64,000 bases of DNA. Source: Desulfosoma sp. GTDB lineage: Bacteria > Desulfobacterota > Syntrophobacteria > Syntrophobacterales > DSM-9756. This document shows, piece after piece, positions 39,759 to 50,004 of the stretch. Below the pieces are notes generated by a model. The model worked only from the letters and a program-made list of their open reading frames with translations. It made no database searches and was not told where the DNA came from. The stretch lies in contig JBBFKW010000011.1 of NCBI GenBank assembly GCA_037481835.1, positions 1 to 64,000 on the forward strand. Direction: 5' to 3'. Numbering within the stretch: position 1 is the first letter of the stretch; each line of letters begins with the position of its first letter. A program made the position numbers and the translations under genes.

Positions 39759-41342
39759 TTACTCCCACTGGATGGTTTTCGCCAGGAGCGAGGTGAGGTC
39801 CATCATGTCCATGGCCAGATCGTTGCCGTGGAAGGGGTCTTCCATGGCGCACCGCAGATGGATTTGGCATTTGGGACAGGCCGTAATCAGGAGATCGCTT
39901 CCGGTCTCCTTGGCCTGGCGGAGTCGCTTGATTTGGAGCGCCTTGGTGTAGCGGTCGCATCCGGTCCAGGCGCAATTGCCGCAGCACAGGGCTGAGGCTC
40001 CCCGGTCGGTCATTTCGTCGAACCCTTTGAGAGCCAGGCGCCCGATGAGCTTTCGCGGCAGATCCGCCTTCTTGCCCAAACGACTCAGCCGACACGGGTC
40101 CTGGAAGGTGGCTTTTCTCTCCAAGGCTTTGAACCCAATAGCCCCTTTGGCGATTTCCCGATCGGCCACTTCGAAAAGATGGGTCACGCGGCATTTCAAG
40201 GCGATGCCCAGTTCGGGGTAATGGTAAGCCAGAGTGTGGTAACATTCCGGGCATGCCGTGACGATTTCCTCGATGCCCGCCGCGTGGAACATGTCCGCGT
40301 TCAGTCGCGCCAGCTTGACGAAATTTTCCCGGTCTCCGGACCACAAGAGGTCATGGCCGCAGCATCGTTCCTCGGCGAGGACCCTTGGACGAATATCGAA
40401 AAAGTTGAGCAGGCGAATGGCATCATGGAGAATGGCTTCGGTGCGCACTTCACCAAACCGCGTAAAGTAGGTGTCGAAATACGGCGCGCAACCCCCGAAA
40501 AACAGCACGGGGCTTTGGCGATCGACCTCGAGGTTCTCCGGCAAATCCTCCCAGCGGCTCGGATGGAGCGACGGCGACGTCATGGTGCGCATCAGGGACT
40601 GGAAGAATCCGCCGTGGGCTTCCGGGCCCGGTCCGTTTCCCGACCTGTGCAGGGTGCGCAAGTCCCGGATGAAGTCGGGAAAGTGCACGCCGGAAGGACA
40701 CCGGTCGTCGCACAGCCCGCAGGTGATGCATCCCCAGAGGTCGTTGATGACTTCCGGGGCGTTTACCGTTCCGGTCATGAGATGTGTGGCCAACCCGCGG
40801 GGAGAAAAGGGCTTTCCCGTGAGGGTCAGGGGACAGGCCGACGAACATTTCCCGCAGTCCTGGCAGGCGTAGATATCGTGCCGCGTAAGAAGGCCGGCTA
40901 CCGCGGCTTCCGTAACGGGGCGATCTTCGGCGGGGGGCGGCGGGACGATCGGGGTCTTTCCCAGGCGGCGCAGATCTTGGCAAAAGCCTGCCAAAAAGGC
41001 CATCATCCCAGGGGCGTCGTCGGGAAGGAAGCCTCCCCAGCGCAGACGTTCCGATCCGACGCCCAGCGTGTGGAGGAGCCGGCGCATGTGATCAATGCGC
41101 TTCAGGGCCGCCGAGTTTCCGGTGCCGTAGCGGCACGAGCCGGGTTCGCAGCCGGCGATCATGACCCCGTCCGCCCCCATTTCGAAACACTTGAGAATCA
41201 GCGCCCGGGTGACACGGCCGCTGCAAGGCACCCGCACCATGCGGATTTCTTCGGGAATGGAAGCCTGTTGGTCCTGGAGGGTTTGAAAGGCGGCGTGAGG
41301 GCCCCAGTTGCACAGGAACAACACCACATTGAGCTTATTCAT
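39759..41342 (-). CDS. MvhD-like domain fused to an HdrD-like (4Fe-4S dicluster + two CCG) protein
   Basis: FLCNW..VPCSGRV..AGCEPGSC, CQDCGKCSSACP, CITCGLCDDRCP, two CCG motifs and TACPKC. Confidence 0.9.
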   Translation of the reverse strand: MNKLNVVLFLCNWGPHAAFQTLQDQQASIPEEIRMVRVPCSGRVTRALILKCFEMGADGVMIAGCEPGSCRYGTGNSAALKRIDHMRRLLHTLGVGSERLRWGGFLPDDAPGMMAFLAGFCQDLRRLGKTPIVPPPPAEDRPVTEAAVAGLLTRHDIYACQDCGKCSSACPLTLTGKPFSPRGLATHLMTGTVNAPEVINDLWGCITCGLCDDRCPSGVHFPDFIRDLRTLHRSGNGPGPEAHGGFFQSLMRTMTSPSLHPSRWEDLPENLEVDRQSPVLFFGGCAPYFDTYFTRFGEVRTEAILHDAIRLLNFFDIRPRVLAEERCCGHDLLWSGDRENFVKLARLNADMFHAAGIEEIVTACPECYHTLAYHYPELGIALKCRVTHLFEVADREIAKGAIGFKALERKATFQDPCRLSRLGKKADLPRKLIGRLALKGFDEMTDRGASALCCGNCAWTGCDRYTKALQIKRLRQAKETGSDLLITACPKCQIHLRCAMEDPFHGNDLAMDMMDLTSLLAKTIQWE

Positions 41343-41368
41343 GAAGGATCCCCATAATCAAAGATCGC

Positions 41369-44300
41369 TCACAGCAGGATTTCTCGAATCATGTGCTCGA
41401 GGTAGCTCCGGTCGCGATAAGGGCTGTCGGCGGCGTTGGACGGGCACATGGCGATGCAGTTGCCGCACCCCTTGCACAAGGCTTCGTCGACGACCGCTGT
41501 TCCGTAGCCGAATTCATTTTGATGAAAACTCACGGCCTGGTGCGGACATACTTCGGCGCAGCGCCCGCATCCTCGGCACCGTGCCGGGTCGATGGAAACG
41601 GTGTAGCCCTTGCTGTGCCTCGGGCGGCGCGGCATGACGGATGCCGCAAGGACCGCCGCCGCCGCGCCTTTCGTCCGCTGGGACACGTGGATCCCGGGCG
41701 GGTTGGCCAAGAAGAGGCCGGGCACCGATGTGGCCCCAGGATAGAAAAACGGGACGCCGGGCACGCCCCGTTGCTGCATGGCCCATTCGATGCGGCGCGG
41801 CGGCAGATTTTCATAAGGCACATAGGGGATGGCTCGCCGCGACCTTTCGCCCAGGATCACCGCCCCGGTGTGGATCACCTGGGGCGAGCCGTCGATCAAA
41901 GCCATGAGCTGAAAATCCCCCACGGTGCCTTTTAAGCCCTTGATTTCGGCCTGCCGGAACACCTGAATGTTGGGATGGTGAGGAATGTCCGAGTCCGGAT
42001 CCTGAGGGCCCGTGAAGAGAAAGACTTCCATGCCGGATCGGGCCAGGGTGAGGGCGCTCTTGACGGCGGCTTCCGAAACGCCGATGACGGCCGTGGTGAA
42101 GTTGTACGGCCGCGCCGGAGCGGGCATCCTCTTGAGCTTTCGAGTGCGCCCGATGGATCGTTCCAGAAGACCTTGAAATCTTTCCAGAGCCGTGTCCTCG
42201 CCCTGAGCGAAAAACCGCAGGGCTTCGCCTCGCAGGTTGCACGTTTCCACCATGGCACGGCTGATTCCCGTGGCATTGAACAGGGCCGTCTTCAGACGGC
42301 TGCGCTGGTCCGTGCAGGCGCTGCACACGAAATCCAAGGGGCAGCACACGCACGAGGCCAGAACGACCCGGGTCAGCCCTTTTTCCCGGATGGTCTGCAC
42401 CAAGTTTCGGGATCCGTCCGGGCTGCAGGCGGAGCGAAGGATTTCCGTGTGTACCACGTCAGGCCGGTCCTGGAGCGACGCCACGTAGTCCGTCATCGCC
42501 TGGGACCACCCCAGTGAATCGTTGCACCGACAGACGAAAACGCCGATCCGCACCTCCGGCGAGAGAGCAGGATCCGGAGGCGGGAAGGACAGGCCGTGGC
42601 CTTTCATGCGTTGCGCGTTTTCGCCGAGGAGAATCATGGCTTCGGCGGCTGCCGCAAAACCGCGCAGCATCATGGCGTAAACGTCTTCCCGTGCCGACGC
42701 CTTGGTGCTGTAGGCTCGAAGCACATCTTCCCCGCGGATGGGTGGCGCCAGGTCCGGGTCGGCCAGGATCACCACCCCGGCCTGCTCGGCGATTTCCAAA
42801 GCTTTCTGGCGATGGTCCACGGCCCCGCAGCCGTTACAGGCTTCGAGGCACTGGAGGCATTCTGAACAGACCCCGCATTGGAGGCAGCGGTCGGTTTCCG
42901 AACGCACCTGGGCTTCGGAAAGCCCTAGACACACTTCCGTAAAGCCGCAGGTTCTCCGGGACGGATCCACGTGGGCGGGGACCGGCCGTGCACAGAAGAC
43001 GAGATCGTCCGGGATGGGACGAAGATCCCGGTCCTCGGGACGCACGGCCGCGGGAGCGACCTCTTCGCCGCTGAGCGCTCGATGGACGGCGCGGGCGGCA
43101 CGCCGCCCTGAAGCCATGGCGTGGACGACGGACGAAGGCCCTGAAACCGCATCGCCCGCGGCGTAAACCCCGGGAACCGAGGTGCACGCCTCTGCATCGA
43201 CGACTACGAGGCCTTGAGCCGAAAGAGCCATGGACGGCTCGGGGGATCCGAACGGGGTGGGGTCTCCCTGCTGACCGATGGCCACGTAAGCGCGACGGCA
43301 CGGCATGAGGTATGGTTCCGCCCCGGGTTTGGTCACCGGCCACGGGATGCCCTTGGCGTCGGGAGGGCCGGGGATGGTTTCCACACAGCGCAGATGGGTC
43401 AGGCGGCCGTTTTCACCGACGAAAGCCGCTACCCGGGTGCGGTCGATGACGCGAATGCCTTCCTGGCGGGCGTGCTGAATTTCTTCAGGATCTGCGGGAA
43501 TGAGTTCCTCCGGAAACCAGGACAGGATCGTCACGCGGGCGCCCAAACGCACCAAAACGCGGGCGAGGTCGAAAGCGGCGTTGCCGTCCCCGATGACCAC
43601 GACATCGTCGGGTATGGCCGTCACCTCTCCGCGATGGACTCGCATGAGAAACTCCACGCACCCTTCCACCCCTTGGAGGTCCTCCCCTGGGACGTTCATC
43701 TTGCGATCTTTCCACGTGCCGACGGAGACGATGACGGCGTGGAATCGCCGCGAAAGGGTATCCAGCCGGGAGAGATCCACGGGATGGGAGGTGAGGATTT
43801 CCACGCCCAGGCCCTCAATCCATTGAATTTCCCGGTCCAGGACGTCCCGCGGGAGCCGATGGGGGCCGATCCCGTAGCGCAGGAGCCCTCCCGGTTTCGC
43901 TTCCTTTTCGAAAACCGTCACCGCATAACCCAGCCGGGCAAGATCCGCCGCAGCGGCCAAACCCGCCGGTCCCGAGCCGATGACGGCAATTTTTTCAGGC
44001 CTTTTCGGTTCAGGGGGCGCCAGAGGGGGAGGGGAGGCATGATCGGCGAGAAAACGCTTGATGTCTTTAATGGCCACCGCCCCGTCCAAGTCGGCACGGC
44101 GGCAGGCGGCTTCACACGGGTGGGTGCACACCCGGCCGCAGATGGCGGGCAGCACGTTGTCCCGGCGGATGAGTTCCAGAGCCTCGGCGTATCGGCCGGC
44201 GCGGGTGAGGGCCACGTAGCCCTGGACGTTGACGCCGAGCGGGCAGGCTTCTTGACACAAAGGACGGCGACGCTTGTCGATGACCGCCCTTCCGGGAAGC

Positions 44301-44719
44301 CGATACCGGCTTTCCGCCTGCACGGCCTTGGTTCCGTCGGGGTGAGTCACCGGGCACACGGCGACGCACCGGCCGCACAGGGTGCATCGTTCAGCATCCA
44401 CGAACGTAGGGTCAACCGTGATCCGGGCCGAAAACCCTTGCGGCGAATGCTTGAGGGAGGCGATGCGGGCGGGAAGGAGGCATCGGATTTGGGGATTTCT
44501 CAAAATGCGGAGCAACCCGGGCCGATGGGCGAAATTGAGGGGCAGCCCGGAAGCCAGCCTCCATTCGTCCCGGGCGAGCTTGGCATTCAGGTCAGGATCG
44601 GGGTCCACCAAGGTCACGGGAACGCCCATTTCCCCCAGCTTGTTCGCCGCGGCGAGCCCCGCCGGGTTCGCTCCGATGACCAGCACCTTGTAGAGACGGT
44701 CCTTGGCGCTTTCCTTCAT
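41369..44719 (-). CDS. HdrL-like multidomain flavoprotein (HdrA-like + GltD-like NAD(P)H module + ferredoxin)
   Basis: CQEACP..CGRVCTHPCE..C, IGSGPAG, GLLRYGI, YAAGDAV, IGVFVCRC and a C-terminal 2x[4Fe-4S] domain. Confidence 0.88.
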   Translation of the reverse strand: MKESAKDRLYKVLVIGANPAGLAAANKLGEMGVPVTLVDPDPDLNAKLARDEWRLASGLPLNFAHRPGLLRILRNPQIRCLLPARIASLKHSPQGFSARITVDPTFVDAERCTLCGRCVAVCPVTHPDGTKAVQAESRYRLPGRAVIDKRRRPLCQEACPLGVNVQGYVALTRAGRYAEALELIRRDNVLPAICGRVCTHPCEAACRRADLDGAVAIKDIKRFLADHASPPPLAPPEPKRPEKIAVIGSGPAGLAAAADLARLGYAVTVFEKEAKPGGLLRYGIGPHRLPRDVLDREIQWIEGLGVEILTSHPVDLSRLDTLSRRFHAVIVSVGTWKDRKMNVPGEDLQGVEGCVEFLMRVHRGEVTAIPDDVVVIGDGNAAFDLARVLVRLGARVTILSWFPEELIPADPEEIQHARQEGIRVIDRTRVAAFVGENGRLTHLRCVETIPGPPDAKGIPWPVTKPGAEPYLMPCRRAYVAIGQQGDPTPFGSPEPSMALSAQGLVVVDAEACTSVPGVYAAGDAVSGPSSVVHAMASGRRAARAVHRALSGEEVAPAAVRPEDRDLRPIPDDLVFCARPVPAHVDPSRRTCGFTEVCLGLSEAQVRSETDRCLQCGVCSECLQCLEACNGCGAVDHRQKALEIAEQAGVVILADPDLAPPIRGEDVLRAYSTKASAREDVYAMMLRGFAAAAEAMILLGENAQRMKGHGLSFPPPDPALSPEVRIGVFVCRCNDSLGWSQAMTDYVASLQDRPDVVHTEILRSACSPDGSRNLVQTIREKGLTRVVLASCVCCPLDFVCSACTDQRSRLKTALFNATGISRAMVETCNLRGEALRFFAQGEDTALERFQGLLERSIGRTRKLKRMPAPARPYNFTTAVIGVSEAAVKSALTLARSGMEVFLFTGPQDPDSDIPHHPNIQVFRQAEIKGLKGTVGDFQLMALIDGSPQVIHTGAVILGERSRRAIPYVPYENLPPRRIEWAMQQRGVPGVPFFYPGATSVPGLFLANPPGIHVSQRTKGAAAAVLAASVMPRRPRHSKGYTVSIDPARCRGCGRCAEVCPHQAVSFHQNEFGYGTAVVDEALCKGCGNCIAMCPSNAADSPYRDRSYLEHMIREILL

Positions 44720-45318
44720 GCCACGTCTTTCTCCCCGGACTCTTTTTTGCGTCGGCCTTTCAGGACGGCGAGCCCGTACTCGTATCCCTTGTCGAATGCC
44801 GCCAGGTTCATCTTTTCCGTTCCCTTGGGCACCAAGGCCTGCACGGTGTCTCGAGCCGCCTGGGCCGAGACGGCTTGAGAAACGGCCGTAAAGAACCCCA
44901 CCATGACGATGTTGGCCATCATTCGACGGCCCAGTTCCTCCGCAAACCGCGTGGCTGGGATGGCGTAGGTTTCCCCGTGCCGCTCCCCTTGGGGCCGCAC
45001 CAGGTCTTGGTCGAAAAGGAGCAGGCCGTCTTCCTTGAGCATGGGGATGTATTTTTCATAACCGCCTTGGGACAGGCACACGAGGATGTCGGGGCGTCGC
45101 ACGTAAGGGTAGTGGATGGGGCGGTCGGCGATGATGACTTGGGCACTGCACGCCCCACCCCGGGCTTCGGGACCGTACGATTGGGTCAAGGTGCTCTCCC
45201 GATGGTCCCCCAGGCTCGCCGCCCGGCCGACGATCATGCCGGCCAGCACGATGCCCTGCCCGCCGAATCCGGTGAAAAGAATTTCCTTGTGCATGGCATG
45301 CGCCGGGATGGCTTTCAT
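44716..45318 (-). CDS. korC: 2-oxoacid:ferredoxin oxidoreductase gamma subunit
   Basis: GFGGQGIVLAG and QSYGPEARGG. Confidence 0.9.
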   Translation of the reverse strand: MKAIPAHAMHKEILFTGFGGQGIVLAGMIVGRAASLGDHRESTLTQSYGPEARGGACSAQVIIADRPIHYPYVRRPDILVCLSQGGYEKYIPMLKEDGLLLFDQDLVRPQGERHGETYAIPATRFAEELGRRMMANIVMVGFFTAVSQAVSAQAARDTVQALVPKGTEKMNLAAFDKGYEYGLAVLKGRRKKESGEKDVA

Positions 45319-45334
45319 GAAATCCCGTCCTCTT

Positions 45335-46177
45335 TCACCCCGCCGCCGAGTCGGGAAGGCGGCAGGTGCGGTCGTACATTTCAATGCATGTAGGGCGTTG
45401 TTCTTCCACGAACTTACCCAAGACGATCCCTCTTTCGAAATCCAGGGCCGCTTCGGCCGGGTTGGCGCCGTTTTTGACGATGGTGCGGTCTTGGTACAGT
45501 TTGAGCGTATCCAACGGGCGTTCCTTGTTTCGGCGGCCGTAGCCCGTAGGGCACGGCGCCAGCACTTCGATAAAGGCGAACCCTTTGTGTTGAAAGGCCT
45601 CTTGGATGGATTGGGTCAAATCCCTTGTGTGGAGGATGGTCCAGCGGGCCACATAGGTGGCTCCGGCCGCGTAGACGAGGAGCGGTAAATTGAACGGTCG
45701 TTCCGGGTTGCCTCGAGGCGTTGTGGTCGTCTTGGCCAGCGTGGGGGTCGTAGCCGCCACCTGGCCTCCGGTCATGCCGTAGTTGAGGTTGTTGACGCAC
45801 AAGACGGTCAGATCGATGTTGCGGCGAGCGGCGTGGATGATGTGGTTCCCGCCGATGGCGAACAGATCCCCGTCGCCGCTGAAGACGATCACGTGGAGTT
45901 CCGGCTTGGCCAGTTTCATGCCGGTGGCGAAGGGGATGGCACGGCCGTGGGTGGTGTGGTAGGAATCCAGGCGCGTGTAGCCGGCCGCCCGGCCGGAACA
46001 GCCGATTCCGGACACCATCACCGCTTTGTCCAAATCCAGGCCGCTGGTGTGCAAGGCCATGAGGCACGCCGAAAAGGCCGTGCCGATGCCGCACCCGGGA
46101 CACCAGATGTGCGGGACCCGTTCCGTTCGCACCAATGCATCCAAGGGGTGGCTCGGGGAGGCCTTGGCTTTTTTCAT
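45335..46177 (-). CDS. korB: 2-oxoacid:ferredoxin oxidoreductase beta subunit
   Basis: WCPGCG, SGIGCS, GDGD and YGMTGGQ. Confidence 0.93.
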   Translation of the reverse strand: MKKAKASPSHPLDALVRTERVPHIWCPGCGIGTAFSACLMALHTSGLDLDKAVMVSGIGCSGRAAGYTRLDSYHTTHGRAIPFATGMKLAKPELHVIVFSGDGDLFAIGGNHIIHAARRNIDLTVLCVNNLNYGMTGGQVAATTPTLAKTTTTPRGNPERPFNLPLLVYAAGATYVARWTILHTRDLTQSIQEAFQHKGFAFIEVLAPCPTGYGRRNKERPLDTLKLYQDRTIVKNGANPAEAALDFERGIVLGKFVEEQRPTCIEMYDRTCRLPDSAAG

Positions 46178-47325
46178 AGGCGGTCCTTTATGGCTTGAAC
46201 GATGCTCTCGGGCGCAATGACGGTACCCCCGGCGTGCCCCACCAAATGGCACGGGACCCTGCCCTTGGCGCACCGTTCCACTTCCAGGTGAATCTGCCCC
46301 AGATTGATTTCCACGGTGAACAAGGCCCGAACCCTTCGAGACAAATCGGCGACGGCCTCTTCGGCGAACGGCCAAACCGTGATGAGCCGGAGCAGGCCCG
46401 CCTTGATGCCGTCCTGGCGCGCTTCGTCCACCGCCGCCATGCTGCTTCGAGACGAAACGCCGTAGGAGACGATGGCCACTTCGGCGTCGTCCAGCCTGTA
46501 AGATTCCGTCTGGATAATGTCTCCGAGGTTGCTCCGGATCTTCCCTGTGAGGCGGGCGACCATTTCAGCATGACAATCCGCCGTCATGACCGGATAGCCG
46601 CGCTCGTCATGGGTCAAGCCCGTCACATGGATTCGGTAGCCGTCCCCGGCGTCGGCCATGGGGGCCACCCCGTCCGGGCCGGGGCAAAAAGGCTTGAACC
46701 GATCCTTCCTCCCCTTGGGTCGGCGCCTCGAAACGGTGCGGATGGCCGAAGGGTCCGGGATGACCACCCGTTCACTCAGGTGCCCTACGACCTCGTCGGA
46801 CATGATCAAGACGGGGACACGGTATTTTTCACTGAGATTAAAGGCCCTGATGGTTTGGTAAAAGATGTCCTGAGGAGAGGCGGGGGCCAGGGCGATGATT
46901 TCGTAATGGCCGTGGGATCCCCATCGCGCCTGCATCATGTCGCCTTGGGCGCCCAGCGTGGGAAGGCCCGTGGACGGCCCGGCCCTCTGGACGTTCACCA
47001 CGACGCACGGCGTTTCCGTGCAGATACCCAAGCCGAGGTTTTCCATCATGAGGCTGAAGCCGGGCCCTGAGGTGGCCGTCATGCTCTTGACCCCTGCGCA
47101 CGAAGCGCCCAGGACGGCGGCCATGGCGGCGATTTCGTCTTCCATCTGAATGTAGGTGCCGCCCACATCGGGCAGCCTATCGGACATGTGTTCGGCGATT
47201 TCCGTCGCCGGTGTAATGGGATACCCGGCGAAAAAACGGCACCCGGCCGCCAGAGCTCCTTCAGCGCAGGCGACGTCGCCGGTCATGAAATGTTCGCCGG
47301 TCCATACGGCTGGCTTCATGGACAA
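46174..47325 (-). CDS. korA: 2-oxoacid:ferredoxin oxidoreductase alpha subunit
   Basis: AGYPITPATEI, QMEDEIA, TSGPGFSLMME and GPSTGLPT. Confidence 0.93.
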   Translation of the reverse strand: MSMKPAVWTGEHFMTGDVACAEGALAAGCRFFAGYPITPATEIAEHMSDRLPDVGGTYIQMEDEIAAMAAVLGASCAGVKSMTATSGPGFSLMMENLGLGICTETPCVVVNVQRAGPSTGLPTLGAQGDMMQARWGSHGHYEIIALAPASPQDIFYQTIRAFNLSEKYRVPVLIMSDEVVGHLSERVVIPDPSAIRTVSRRRPKGRKDRFKPFCPGPDGVAPMADAGDGYRIHVTGLTHDERGYPVMTADCHAEMVARLTGKIRSNLGDIIQTESYRLDDAEVAIVSYGVSSRSSMAAVDEARQDGIKAGLLRLITVWPFAEEAVADLSRRVRALFTVEINLGQIHLEVERCAKGRVPCHLVGHAGGTVIAPESIVQAIKDRL

Positions 47326-47338
47326 ACCTCCACGCCCT

Positions 47339-47647
47339 TCACGAGCCCGCCGAGCCGGTCCCCGCGGGGACTGCCGCGTCCTCGGAGTGCACCGGAATTT
47401 CCACGGAAAAAATGGCCAGGTCCGGGCAGATGATTTCGCAGTAGTGGCAATTCACGCAGGCCTCCGCGTTCTTCACTTCCGGCGGATGGTAGCCTTTGGC
47501 ATTGAACCGCTTGGACTCTTGAAGGACATCGCGAGGGCAAAAGGCGATGCAGTAGCCGCAGCCCTTGCACCGATCTTCAATGATGAGCACCATGCCCTTG
47601 GTGATGGGAATCTCGCCGATATCCAAAGGAGTGCGCCAGAATTTCAT
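47339..47647 (-). CDS. korD: 2-oxoacid:ferredoxin oxidoreductase delta subunit (2x[4Fe-4S] ferredoxin)
   Basis: CKGCGYCIAFCP and CVNCHYCEIICP. Confidence 0.9.
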   Translation of the reverse strand: MKFWRTPLDIGEIPITKGMVLIIEDRCKGCGYCIAFCPRDVLQESKRFNAKGYHPPEVKNAEACVNCHYCEIICPDLAIFSVEIPVHSEDAAVPAGTGSAGS

Positions 47648-48099
47648 GGGACGGGCTCCTCCAGGTGTTGGCCGTCGATGATGGGGGATTTTCCCTTCGT
47701 TAAGCGGGCGTGGGATGCTTGAGCTCATTCCTTGCCGCGCGCCCAGGTTCCGCACTAAAAACCAGCCCCAAGGGATGTGTCAAGAAATTTTCTCTTGAGC
47801 CCGAGGATCCATCGGATCCTCCCCGACTTTTCAAAAAGGGATCGCCCTGGAAATCTTCGAGAAACGTCCTTCGCATGATCTTTCCCTTTGGGGATTGCGG
47901 CGAGAAAACCGAAAGAAGTCCTTTTCGCAGTTCCATCCCGGCTCGCCGTATGGGATACCCCCTCGTTTTGTGGATGGAGATTGGAAAATCACGTCGGGAA
48001 ATGGGCTCGGCCGTCCTCGTGTGCCCGGGCACCGTGCCAGCCCCCCAACGGATTTGATTTGGGAAACCCGCCGACGACTTCACCGCATCGGGCGGCCGA

Positions 48100-48396
48100 G
48101 AAGCCCGCCGCTGTGCCGAAGAACTCACCGCGATGGACAGGAACGGTCTTGCCGCGGGGTTGTTTGGATCCCTCGCTCGAGGCGACGCTCCGCCCCCAAG
48201 CGATGCCGATGTGCTTGCGGCCTTGAATGAGCATATCCATGGACGGGGGTTTGAAAGGATTCCGCAACATGCCGAGGCCTTTCCCTCGGCATCTCTTCCT
48301 GTGGAGGTTTTCCTTACACGATCGCTGAAGTGGAGCGGATGTGCGCGGGCCTTTGCCCGCTTCTTGAAAGGATTTTCCAGGAACTCATCCCCGTAA
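48100..48396 (+). pseudogene. MNT nucleotidyltransferase remnant
   Basis: AAGLFGSLARGDAPPPSDADVL (GS..D.D motif), ERIP and LPVEVF; both ends appear degraded. Confidence 0.7.
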
Positions 48397-48470
48397 GGGG
48401 CGATGCGAGCCTGTGGGTGGGCTCGCAAGAGAAGTTTCGCCGGATTCGGGGGACGAATCCCGATGCTTGA

Positions 48471-49917
48471 TCACGGCGGGGTGTCAGGGGTGGGGAACCC
48501 TTCGAGGATGCGGCCCGTGGCGGCGTGGAGGCGGATCCAGGCGTTTTCAAGGAAAATCCGGGTCAGGGCGAGTTGGCTTTGGGCTTGAACCAGATCGCGT
48601 TGCGCTTGGGTAAGGCGCACCAAGGAGGCCTGCCCCGCTGCATATTCTTTGGCCACCAAATCCCGGGTTTGGCGCACGAGGGCGGCGTTTTTTTCTTGAA
48701 GCCGCAGCTGTTCCTGGGCTCCCAGAATTTGCGCCACGGCTGCCTGGACCTGGGAGGCGGCATCGACGGCGGCGCTTTGGACCTTGTCTTCCGCTTCCCG
48801 CCGAGCCTGCCGCGCTTCCCGAACCCTGGAGTAGTCTTCTCCCCCGGCAAAAAGCGGCACGACCACCGCGATGCCGACCGAAGAACCGAAATCGTCCTGT
48901 CCCATGCGGGCACTGTTGGCCCTGGAGCCTTCAAACGTACTGAAAAGGCTTACCGAAGGAGAAAAGCGCGATTGTGCCGATCCCACGCCGGCCTGAGCTG
49001 CCTGAAGGCCGAATCGGGCCTGAAGGACATCCGGCCGATGGTGCAGGGCGTAAGCGACGTCGTCCGAAACGGACGGTTCTTTTAGCAAGGCTTCGGGCAC
49101 ATCGCCCAAGGGCGCCAGAACGGTCCGTTCGTCCAGTGTGCCCTCGGGCAGGCCCATGAGAGCCGCCAGACCGGTGAGGGCCACGCGGTATTCTTGATCC
49201 GCCAGAATCTTCTGGGCTCGGGCCAGATTCACCTGCACCTGAAAGTTCAAGACGTCACTCAAGGATCCAGCTCCCAGCGCCTCGCGTGCTTGAGCGTCTT
49301 GCAACTGGCGTTGATTGAAGGCTTCGTCCGCTTCGGCGATGATGCCTCGTTCCCGACCGAGCTGAGCGCTGAAATAGCTGTCCGCGACGGCGGCGAGGAG
49401 CACTCTTTGCGCTTCTCGGTAAGCCGCCTTGCTTCCTTCCTCGTTGAATCGCGCGGCCGCCAAGGCGAACTCCCGCTGGAACCCGTCGAAAAGCGTCAAG
49501 ACGGCGCTGAGCGTCGCGCTGTAGACGTCTTCACGGTCCCTGGGGATGAGCCCCCCCGGGATGGAGGAAAAACCCGATGAAGGGAGCACGGTTCCTTGGT
49601 TTTCCGGGTAACGCACGTGGGCGGCGTTGGCCGACCCTTCGATGCGCGGCAGATACCGCGACCAGGCTTGCCGTACCCGCTCTCGGGCCTGGGACGCCCG
49701 GGCCCGTGCGGCGCTGAGGGACGGGTTGGCTTCCAAAGCGATGCGCTGCGCCGTCTCCAGGTCCAAAACGGCGGGAATCCGGGTTGAGGGGTTTGCTTGC
49801 ATCGCCCTTGATTCGGATGGGGGGGGATCCGCCGGCATGAGCTGAGGGGGTTCCCGCGATCATGAGGGGCAGAAGCACAAAGAGGACGACGAAAAGAGGA
49901 TGGGAGGTCTTGCGCAT
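48471..49917 (-). CDS. tolC: TolC-family outer membrane factor; signal peptide separated by a frameshift in a C8 tract (49819-49826)
   Basis: OEP motifs (ALEANPSL, LTLFDG, VPLFAGG). MRKTSHPLFVVLFVLLPLMIAGTPSAHA lies in another frame, and removing one C joins the two. Confidence 0.85.
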
Positions 49918-50004
49918 ACGGTGCCTTCCAACCTTTCAACCGCACGTTCGGGCGTGGCCGCGAGGGACATGGCCGCCGGCCCGGACTCTGACAATAAGGG
50001 TCTC

